DNA of 32,000 nucleotides, taken from positions 2,940,001-2,972,000 of the forward strand of contig NZ_JAGIOS010000001.1 of NCBI RefSeq assembly GCF_017876815.1. The letters run 5' to 3'. Both the position numbers and the translations under genes were made by a program. A model generated the notes under the pieces. It had not been told where the DNA came from, did no database searches, and worked only from the letters and a program-made list of their open reading frames with translations. This stretch comes from Sinorhizobium meliloti. Lineage in GTDB: Bacteria; Pseudomonadota; Alphaproteobacteria; Rhizobiales; Rhizobiaceae. Shown here piece after piece: positions 1 to 6,705 of the stretch (the stretch's first letter is position 1; each line of letters starts with the position of its first letter).

Positions 1-30
1 CTTGTGGATCAATCCGATATAGTTGCGCAT
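1..30 (-). CDS. hicB: HicB-family antitoxin, first 10 codons only (gene runs off the left edge)
   Basis: Minus-strand ATG at 30 (cat 28-30), 4 nt after the hicA stop (tta 35-37). It reads MRNYIGLIHK, which matches the usual HicB N-terminus as I recall it. Only 30 nt are visible. Confidence 0.45.
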   Translation of the reverse strand, partial: MRNYIGLIHK

Positions 31-34
31 GGCC

Positions 35-223
35 TTACCTCAATTTCAAACCGGACTGCTTTTCAATGCTCCTGAGGGTACCGATTGGTAGATCCCTCTT
101 CGGGTGAGGAACGGTAACCCGGCCGTGCTTTTTCGGATGTTTGAATTGAACGTGGCTGCCCTTGGTCGCAACCTCGTACCATCCGTCCTTCTGCAATGCT
201 GCAATAATGTCGCCGCTCTTCAT
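35..223 (-). CDS. hicA: HicA-family toxin (mRNA interferase, YcfA/HicA fold)
   Basis: The track ORF 35..235 starts at TTG. The ATG at 223 gives MKSGDIIAALQKDGWYEVATKGSHVQFKHPKK..., with the typical HicA size (62 aa) and the GSH.QFKHP motif. hicB follows immediately. Confidence 0.85.
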   Translation of the reverse strand: MKSGDIIAALQKDGWYEVATKGSHVQFKHPKKHGRVTVPHPKRDLPIGTLRSIEKQSGLKLR

Positions 224-233
224 CTGATACGAC

Positions 234-253
234 AATACACACGCATGTGTATT
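234..253. promoter_or_regulatory. Perfect 8-bp inverted repeat (AATACACA-N4-TGTGTATT) just upstream of hicA; candidate HicB operator
   Basis: Read directly: aatacaca (234-241), cgca, tgtgtatt (246-253), lying 11-30 nt upstream of the hicA ATG. Type II TA operons are usually autoregulated at such palindromes. Confidence 0.35.
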
Positions 254-399
254 CGTCCAATGAATTTGTCAAGCCAATCTAAGGCGGCTTTCTCGGATGG
301 TCTCGAACCGTCGGATCATCAGCTTGTGCTAAAAAAGCCAATATTCATCTCTAACGACCGCCTGGCTGGGACTTCGAAGCGAGTTCGGACGGAGAGTTC

Positions 400-1170
400 A
401 TGCGAGGTTATCTGCTCCTGACGGAGGCGAGAAGCGGGTCGAACTGGCTGGGTTCGCTCGTCAATGGCGCCGGTAATATGGGGCGCTCGAGCGAGTGGCT
501 CTCGCCCAAGATCCATCGGCTGGATACCGGCGCCTTGTCATGGGACGCATTCTTTCAGGAACTCCTCAGGAAGTGCTCTACGCCGAACGGCGTCTTCGGC
601 TCGAAGATATTCCCGAACCAGCTTTTCGTGACGCATGAGGTCTATGGAAGGGATTTCATTCAGCATTGCCTCGCCATGCATGACGTTGCGCTCGTATTCC
701 TGCGGCGCAGGGATACGCTGAGGCAGGCGATATCCTATGCGCGGGCGAGGCAAACACGTAGTTTTGCCGCTCACGTCGAGGGAAGGGCCAATCCCCAATA
801 CGACTTCGAGCAGATCGCCCGATGCTTTTTCTACATTCGCGACAGCTATGCCTTTTGGCAAAGCTATCTGGAACTCACCGGCGTTGAATTTGCCGAATTC
901 GTCTACGAGGAGCTCGCCGCCGATCCGATTCCATTCGTCAGCCACTTGGCGGAGCACTTGCAGGTGCCGCTACCGGCGCAGCTGCAGACATCAATGGCAG
1001 TCCAGCGCGACGATCTGACGGAAGAGTGGATCGCCCGCTTCCACGAGGATCGCAGATCTGCGAACCTCCTGGAGGCCTATGACCGGCGCGAACATATTCC
1101 GGGAAAACTCAAGAACTTCGTCAAGTTGGGGACCCGGAGCCTGCGACCGCGGTATCCGTTTGCGTTCTAG
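400..1170 (+). CDS. Stf0-family (trehalose-2-sulfotransferase-like) sulfotransferase
   Basis: ATG at 400 preceded by GGAGAG. N-terminal LLTEARSGSNWL (PAPS 5'-phosphosulfate loop RSGS), TPNGVFGSKIFPNQL, and FLRRRDTLRQAISYARARQT all parallel the mycobacterial Stf0 layout as recalled. Confidence 0.85.
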   Translation: MRGYLLLTEARSGSNWLGSLVNGAGNMGRSSEWLSPKIHRLDTGALSWDAFFQELLRKCSTPNGVFGSKIFPNQLFVTHEVYGRDFIQHCLAMHDVALVFLRRRDTLRQAISYARARQTRSFAAHVEGRANPQYDFEQIARCFFYIRDSYAFWQSYLELTGVEFAEFVYEELAADPIPFVSHLAEHLQVPLPAQLQTSMAVQRDDLTEEWIARFHEDRRSANLLEAYDRREHIPGKLKNFVKLGTRSLRPRYPFAF

Positions 1171-1230
1171 CGCATTGGCCCGAAGTCTTGCGGCGGCAAG
1201 CGCCTCGAGTTGCGGCGGAGTTGAATTCCC

Positions 1231-2322
1231 GTGGCGATGCCGATAAACGCATCCTCCTGCAGCGGCCGATCGGAGCGAACCTTGAAAGATCTTCACTATC
1301 CTTCTCGCCAAGCTGAGAATGAGCGGGATCGGAGAGGGATATTCGATCGCGTGCTTACCCGGTACGAGACCTACAAGCTCACGGCGCGTGTTCGCAAGCG
1401 GAGGCGACCGATCGAAATGTCATGCCTGACCGAGGGCGGCCAGAGGCCTCTCGGCAAAGGCGACATTCCCGTCGTGTTCAATACGCATAACGATCGCAAG
1501 TTGATGCCGTCGTTTCTGGCGCACTACAGAGGGCTCGGCGTTACCCGCTTCATCTGCGTCGACGACGTATCGTCGGACGGGACGCGGGACTATCTGCTTG
1601 CGCAGGCCGATGTGGACCTTTGGAGTTCGCCGGTGCGGTATCGCGATGCCCGCAGGGGGCGTGAATGGCGCGAGGCTCTCTTCGAGCGCTATGGCTGGGA
1701 CCGGTGGTATCTCAATGTCGATTCCGACGAGTTCCTGATTTACGAGGACTGCGAGAACCGGCCGCTCGGTGCGCTTCTGCAGGCATTGGAGAGCAGAGGG
1801 GAAAAGCGCCTCGCAGCCCCCATGCTCGACATGTATCCGACCGGACGGCTCGGGGCTGCCACGCTCGACAGCGACGACGGCCGCATGCCGTGGGAAATCG
1901 CCGATCATTTCGACGGCTCCGGATACGAGATCAGCTATACGAAGCGGGCGATCAGCATCACGGGCGGCCCGCGCAAGCGCAAATTCGCCCATCTGCTCGA
2001 ACTCATCAAATATCCTGTCATCTTCTGGGACAAGGAATGCAGCCTGGGCGTCAGCATTCACCAGCCCTTGCCCTGCGAAAGGAATTTCCCCGCCGTCTCC
2101 GGCGTGCTGCTGCATTTCAAGTTCTTCTCCGACTACAAAGAGAAGATCGAGCAGGCAGTCGCCGACGGGCAGTACTTCGACGCTGCGGCCGTCTACCGCA
2201 AGATGCTGGAGGGTCTTCAGGAGACGGGTGAATTCGACTTTTCCGATGCATGCTCGACGCGATTCTCGGGTTCCAGGCAGCTGCTCGAACTCGGCTTTAT
2301 CGCGCCCATCCGCTATCCCTAA
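1231..2322 (+). CDS. Glycosyltransferase family 2-like protein (Glyco_tranf_2_4 type)
   Basis: VVFNTHNDRKLMPSFLAHYRGLGVTRFICVDDVSSDGTRDYL and WYLNVDSDEFLIY (DxD-like) motifs. The start is uncertain: GTG 1231, ATG 1237 or ATG 1417 (MSCLTEG...). Confidence 0.8.
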   Translation: MAMPINASSCSGRSERTLKDLHYPSRQAENERDRRGIFDRVLTRYETYKLTARVRKRRRPIEMSCLTEGGQRPLGKGDIPVVFNTHNDRKLMPSFLAHYRGLGVTRFICVDDVSSDGTRDYLLAQADVDLWSSPVRYRDARRGREWREALFERYGWDRWYLNVDSDEFLIYEDCENRPLGALLQALESRGEKRLAAPMLDMYPTGRLGAATLDSDDGRMPWEIADHFDGSGYEISYTKRAISITGGPRKRKFAHLLELIKYPVIFWDKECSLGVSIHQPLPCERNFPAVSGVLLHFKFFSDYKEKIEQAVADGQYFDAAAVYRKMLEGLQETGEFDFSDACSTRFSGSRQLLELGFIAPIRYP

Positions 2323-2346
2323 AAGCGGCTGCGTTCTTTCCGGCTT

Positions 2347-3657
2347 CTATTCTTCCCGAAATGCGCGGCTGATCTGGTCCGACAGGGGCTTGATCAGATA
2401 GGAAAGCGCCGTTCTTTGGCCCGTTTGTATGAAGGCTTCAGCCGGCATGCCCGGGAGCGGCTCAAGGGAGCCCAACCGGGCCAATTCCGCTCCGGGTACG
2501 GCAACGCGCACGACGTAATAGGAGAGGCCGCTTCGGGGATCTTCCGTAAGATCGGCGGCGATCCGGGATACGGAGCCGCCGAGCTCGGGCGTGGTTCGCT
2601 GATTGAAAGCCGATAGCCGCAGCACCACGTCCTGGCCGAGCTGGATCTGGTCGATGTCCTGTGGCCGTATGCGGGCTTCGATCGCCAGCCTGTCGCTGTC
2701 GGGGACGATGGACATGACGACGTCGGCCGGCGATATCACGCCTCCAACAGTATGGACGTTGAGCTGATGCACAATGCCGCCCTGCGGGGCGAGCATATCG
2801 ATGCGTCTCAGCTGATCCTCGGCGGCGATCTTGCGTTCGGTGAATTCGCCGAGCTGCGCCTGCACCTCCCGCAGCTCGCGGCCGACCTCTGTCTTGAGAT
2901 CCTCGTCGATCTGAAGGATCTGCAATCTTGTCTCGGCAATCCTGCCAGCCGCCTGGGCCTGTTGAGCGATTTTTTCGCCTCGAAGGCCCTCAAAGGTTGC
3001 CGCCCTCGTTTCCAGTTCGTTCAATCGCTGCACCGACACGATACCTCTCTCATGCAGGCTCCGAAGAGACGCGATTTCGGCATCGAGTATCGAAAGGCCC
3101 CGGTCGTAAGCCTGCTGCTGGGCATCGAGGCCGGCGATTTCATGCTGGAGCTGGACGATACGTTCGAGCAGCTGCGATCTGCGCCCCTCCCGCGACCGTC
3201 TGCGGTATTCGAAGAGCTTGCTCTCACCATTGATGGCGGAGGCGACGGCCCTTTCCTTCGCGCGGACTTTGAGTTCCGTGGGAAATTCCAGCTCGCCGCG
3301 GTCGTCCCTTTCCGCCTCCAGACGCGCGAGGCGTGCCATGAGTTCATCCAGGCGCTTCGTCACGATGCGGAGATTCGCCTTGGTCTGTGTCGGATCGAGA
3401 CGCATCAGCACCTGGCCCGCTTTTACCCAGTCGCCTTCCTCCACCAGGATCTCACCGATGACGCCGCCGGTCGGGTGCTGGACCTTCTTGACATGGGAGT
3501 CGACGACGAAATTTCCCGACGCAACCACGGCCCCGGCCAATTGCGTGGTCGTTGCCCAGGCGCCGGCAGCTCCTATTAGTGCCAGGCCGACGGCCATGCC
3601 GATCGCGAGGTGCCGGCGGATGGACCGGGTAACGGCCTCAGCTTCAGTGCTTGACAT
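2347..3657 (-). CDS. HlyD-family type I secretion membrane-fusion (periplasmic adaptor) protein, HasE/PrtE-like
   Basis: 436 aa. It has an N-terminal TM (LAIGMAVGLALIGAAGAW), a long coiled-coil centre, and the C-terminal GMPAEAFIQTGQRTALSYLIKPL signature of T1SS adaptors. Its ATG at 3657 overlaps the ABC gene stop by 14 nt. Confidence 0.92.
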   Translation of the reverse strand: MSSTEAEAVTRSIRRHLAIGMAVGLALIGAAGAWATTTQLAGAVVASGNFVVDSHVKKVQHPTGGVIGEILVEEGDWVKAGQVLMRLDPTQTKANLRIVTKRLDELMARLARLEAERDDRGELEFPTELKVRAKERAVASAINGESKLFEYRRRSREGRRSQLLERIVQLQHEIAGLDAQQQAYDRGLSILDAEIASLRSLHERGIVSVQRLNELETRAATFEGLRGEKIAQQAQAAGRIAETRLQILQIDEDLKTEVGRELREVQAQLGEFTERKIAAEDQLRRIDMLAPQGGIVHQLNVHTVGGVISPADVVMSIVPDSDRLAIEARIRPQDIDQIQLGQDVVLRLSAFNQRTTPELGGSVSRIAADLTEDPRSGLSYYVVRVAVPGAELARLGSLEPLPGMPAEAFIQTGQRTALSYLIKPLSDQISRAFREE

Positions 3658-5497
3658 CGGCGTTCTCCGTATCGCCCGCTTCGGCTATCGTTGGTTCGGT
3701 GCCGGTGTTCGCAACCACCTTGAGTGGCGCAAGAGTCCGCCCGGAAACGGAAAAGGAACGGGCTGCCGCAGGGGTTGCGTCGCCGTTCTGGCGAGGCGGC
3801 AGCTTCAGAACCTGGGAGAGGACCTCGTCCCTTGGGCCGAATGCCTTGACCTGGCCGCTGTCGACGACAAGGACGAGGTCTGCCGCCCCGATGGCGCTCC
3901 GCCGATGGGCCACCACGACCGCGATGCCTTCCCGGTTCCTCACCGACAGAATTGCGTCGATCACCGCTTTCTCACCGTCCGCATCGAGATTGGCGTTGGG
4001 TTCGTCCAGAACGACGAGGAAGGGATCATTATAGAGCGCCCGGGCAAGACCGATACGCTGGCGCTGTCCGGCGGACAAAGCGGAGCCGGCCTCGCCGATG
4101 CGCGTCTCATACCCCTGTTCGAACCTCACGATGAGATCGTGAACTCCCGCGGCCTGCGCCGCCTTGACGATGGCCGTCGGGTCGGGACTGTTTTCGAAAC
4201 GCGATATGTTCTCGGCGATGGTCCCGTCGAAGAGCTCGACTCCTTGCGGAAGATAGCCGATGTGCCGGCCGAGTTCCTCACGGTCCCATTGCTCGTAGCT
4301 GGCGCCGTCAAGACGCACCTTGCCGCTGGCAGGGGTCCAGGCGCCGACCAGCGCGCGGGTGATCGTCGATTTTCCGGAGCCGCTTGGCCCGATGATCCCG
4401 ATGGCCCCGCCGGCCGGGACGGAAAAGCTTACGCCGGCCACTGTAGGCTTCCCGCCGGAGCCGGGCGGAATGACGGTGAGGCCCTCGACGGCCAGTATCG
4501 ATTTGGGGGCGGGAAGGGGCATTGGCGGATGTGCGGGCGGGATAAGTTGCAACAGGTTCCGGAGCCGGTCCCAGCTCTGCCGTGCCATCAGGAAAGGCTT
4601 CCAGGAGCCGATAGCGAGATCGACGGGAGCAAGGGCTCTTCCCATCATGATCGAGCTTGCCACCATGACGCCTGCGGATACCTGCTGTTCGATGACGAGC
4701 CATGCGCCGACGCCGAGGATTGCCGATTGCAGGATCATCCGCAGCATCCTCGACACCGAACCGAAGGCACCGGCTACGTCGGCCGCACGGCGGTTCGCCT
4801 CGAGGTACAGATGATTTGCGGAGAGCCAGCGTTGCTGCAGGTGCCTCTCAAGGCCAAGCGCCCTCACGGTTTCCGCATTGCGGCGGGCGGCTTCCATCAA
4901 GGCGTTGCGGTCGGTGCCGTATCGCGTCGCGTCTCTGGTCGGCTGCACTGACAAACGATCGGTCAGCAAGGTCATTGCCACGAGAACGAGTGCCCCGACG
5001 AGCGCCGTCATCCCGATCCAGAAATGGAAGAGGAAGCATATTGCAAGGTAAAGCGGCATCCAGGGCAGGTCGAACAGGGCTGTCGGCCCGGCACCGGCGA
5101 GGAAGCCCCTGACATTGTCCAGGTCGCGAAGCGGCTGCAGCCCGTCGCCGGGCATGCGCGTTTCGAGCGGCAGACGGACGATCGCCGCATGCACGCGCCC
5201 CGAAAGCCGATGGTCGAAGCTTTCTCCGATCCGGAGCAGAGCGCGCGAGCGCACGATCTCCAGCATCGCCTGGAAACCGTACATGAGCGTGGCCAGGACG
5301 GCGAGCCCGACAAGGGTCGGAAGGCTGCGGCTTGCCAGGACCCGATCGTAGACCTGCAGCATGAACAAGGGAGACGTCAGCGCCAGCAGATTTACAATGC
5401 CGCTGATGATTGCTAGCCCGGTAAAGGCTGTCCTGGCTGCCGGAATCACCGCCGCAGCCTTAAGCTGCGGCGGCGTCCGTTTGGAGTTTCCAAACAT
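3644..5497 (-). CDS. Type I secretion system permease/ATPase (PrtD/HasD class, no C39 or CLD domain)
   Basis: 617 aa. SPLFMLQVYDRVL N-terminal T1SS motif, Walker A GPSGSGKST, signature LSAGQRQRIGLARAL, Walker B FLVVLDEPNANLD. Confidence 0.92.
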   Translation of the reverse strand: MFGNSKRTPPQLKAAAVIPAARTAFTGLAIISGIVNLLALTSPLFMLQVYDRVLASRSLPTLVGLAVLATLMYGFQAMLEIVRSRALLRIGESFDHRLSGRVHAAIVRLPLETRMPGDGLQPLRDLDNVRGFLAGAGPTALFDLPWMPLYLAICFLFHFWIGMTALVGALVLVAMTLLTDRLSVQPTRDATRYGTDRNALMEAARRNAETVRALGLERHLQQRWLSANHLYLEANRRAADVAGAFGSVSRMLRMILQSAILGVGAWLVIEQQVSAGVMVASSIMMGRALAPVDLAIGSWKPFLMARQSWDRLRNLLQLIPPAHPPMPLPAPKSILAVEGLTVIPPGSGGKPTVAGVSFSVPAGGAIGIIGPSGSGKSTITRALVGAWTPASGKVRLDGASYEQWDREELGRHIGYLPQGVELFDGTIAENISRFENSPDPTAIVKAAQAAGVHDLIVRFEQGYETRIGEAGSALSAGQRQRIGLARALYNDPFLVVLDEPNANLDADGEKAVIDAILSVRNREGIAVVVAHRRSAIGAADLVLVVDSGQVKAFGPRDEVLSQVLKLPPRQNGDATPAAARSFSVSGRTLAPLKVVANTGTEPTIAEAGDTENADVKH

Positions 5498-5518
5498 GCT
5501 GATTTCGAGTCCGCGGGA

Positions 5519-6331
5519 TCAAGCGACGAATTCGAAATTGCCGGCGACCAGGGCAGTCTTGGTCACACCGTTCAAGGTGATGTCGCCGAGCGCGCCGAGG
5601 TTGATGACCGTGTTGGCGCCGGCCTGGGATGAGGCGGCATAGACCTCGGCGAAGCTGTCGAAGGCCGTGCTCTGCAGCGCGAGGCGCACGATGTCGCCCT
5701 TGGCACCGGCGGTAAAGCCGTTGACCGCGTCGTTGCCGATCGTCGACGACAGCGCACCGTCGATGTCCCGGTCGAAGACGAACCGGTCGCGGCCTGCGCC
5801 GCCGTTCAGCGTGTCGTTGCCGTCGAAGCTGTAGAGCCAATCATTGCCGGAGGTACCGTTCTGGACGGTGCCGACCTCTCCCAGATAGTCGAAAAGGCCG
5901 TCCTGTTGCTTTCCGCTTTTCGAGGTAACCCCGGTGAAGTTCGCCAGCGGGTCCGAGTCGACGTTGCTGTTGTGGGTCAGCGAATAGATAGCGCCGGTAA
6001 AGGTTTTGGACGGGCTCACGCCGCCGAGATCGATGCTCAGGTCGGTGTTCGCCAGATCGAAGCCCGATGAGGACGAGCTGGTGAGGCCCCTGCCGAATTC
6101 GAGGCTGTCGACCGTTCCCGTAAAGCCGGCAGGGATGATATAAGAGAAATTGCCTTCGAGAATGACGCCGCGGCTCCCGGCGATATCAACTTGGCCACCC
6201 GCCCATTCATCGTAGGGTGGAAGCGTCGAGTCGAACTGGCCGTTGCCCTCGTAATTCAGATTGGTGGCCCAGCCCTTAAGATAGTTGAGAAGGTTGGCGC
6301 TTGCTGCTGTCAGATTGATGGTTGCAACCAT
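5519..6331 (-). CDS. Secreted T1SS substrate: HasA-hemophore-like N-terminal domain fused to three RTX nonapeptides and a C-terminal secretion signal
   Basis: ATG at 6331 with AAGGAA RBS. There is no Sec signal peptide. Residues 1-130 align by eye with Serratia HasA (YLKGWAT / YLGQWAS; GNFSYII / GNLTYTL; GTVDSLEFGRGL / GQLDSLSFGDGL). RTX repeats GTSGNDWLY-SFDGNDTLN-GGAGRDRFV lie at 5774-5857. The C-terminus ...AGNFEFVA has an acidic-then-hydrophobic tail. The gene ends 21 nt upstream of the ABC gene. Confidence 0.75.
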   Translation of the reverse strand: MVATINLTAASANLLNYLKGWATNLNYEGNGQFDSTLPPYDEWAGGQVDIAGSRGVILEGNFSYIIPAGFTGTVDSLEFGRGLTSSSSSGFDLANTDLSIDLGGVSPSKTFTGAIYSLTHNSNVDSDPLANFTGVTSKSGKQQDGLFDYLGEVGTVQNGTSGNDWLYSFDGNDTLNGGAGRDRFVFDRDIDGALSSTIGNDAVNGFTAGAKGDIVRLALQSTAFDSFAEVYAASSQAGANTVINLGALGDITLNGVTKTALVAGNFEFVA

Positions 6332-6485
6332 GGTGAGTTTTCCTTGGTTCTGAACGATGGCCGCAGGTTGATCCTGCGACAGTGTGCTGTGAGCAATTGT
6401 TCCATGTCTTGTCTCCCGAAGTGGCTTTTCGTTTCGATTGAACGGGAGCGATAGATGCGCCCCACGTTACGCATGTCGAACGGAA

Positions 6486-6655
6486 CTTCGCCCCTCATCC
6501 GCCTGCCGGCACCTTCTCCCCGCGAGCGGGGCGAAGGGGACTCGCGGCGCCGCTCTACCCTCAGCCCCTCAAGAGCGAGCGGTGAGGCCGAGGCTTGTCC
6601 CTTCTCCCCGTCAGAAAAGGGGAGAAGGTCGCGGCAGCGGGATGAGGGGCATCCG
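6486..6655. repeat. Rhizobial palindromic intergenic repeat (RIME / REP-like mosaic element)
   Basis: Outer inverted repeat gcccctcatcc (6490-6500) / ggatgaggggc (6640-6650). Two inner hairpins: ccttctcccc-N6-ggggcgaagg (6512-6537) and ccttctcccc-N9-ggggagaagg (6600-6628). It translates to the spurious PAPSPRERGEG peptide common in Rhizobiaceae intergenic repeats. Confidence 0.7.
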
Positions 6656-6705
6656 CTTCGCTCGAAGAACCGACAATCGGGCGCGGCCGCTTCACTCGAA
6701 CCACT

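Noticed and set aside
3218-4951. 577-aa plus-strand ORF.
   Set aside because: It is antisense to the T1SS ABC gene. Its Arg/Ala/Pro-rich low-complexity translation is typical of high-GC antisense frames. The minus-strand frame carries clear Walker and signature motifs.
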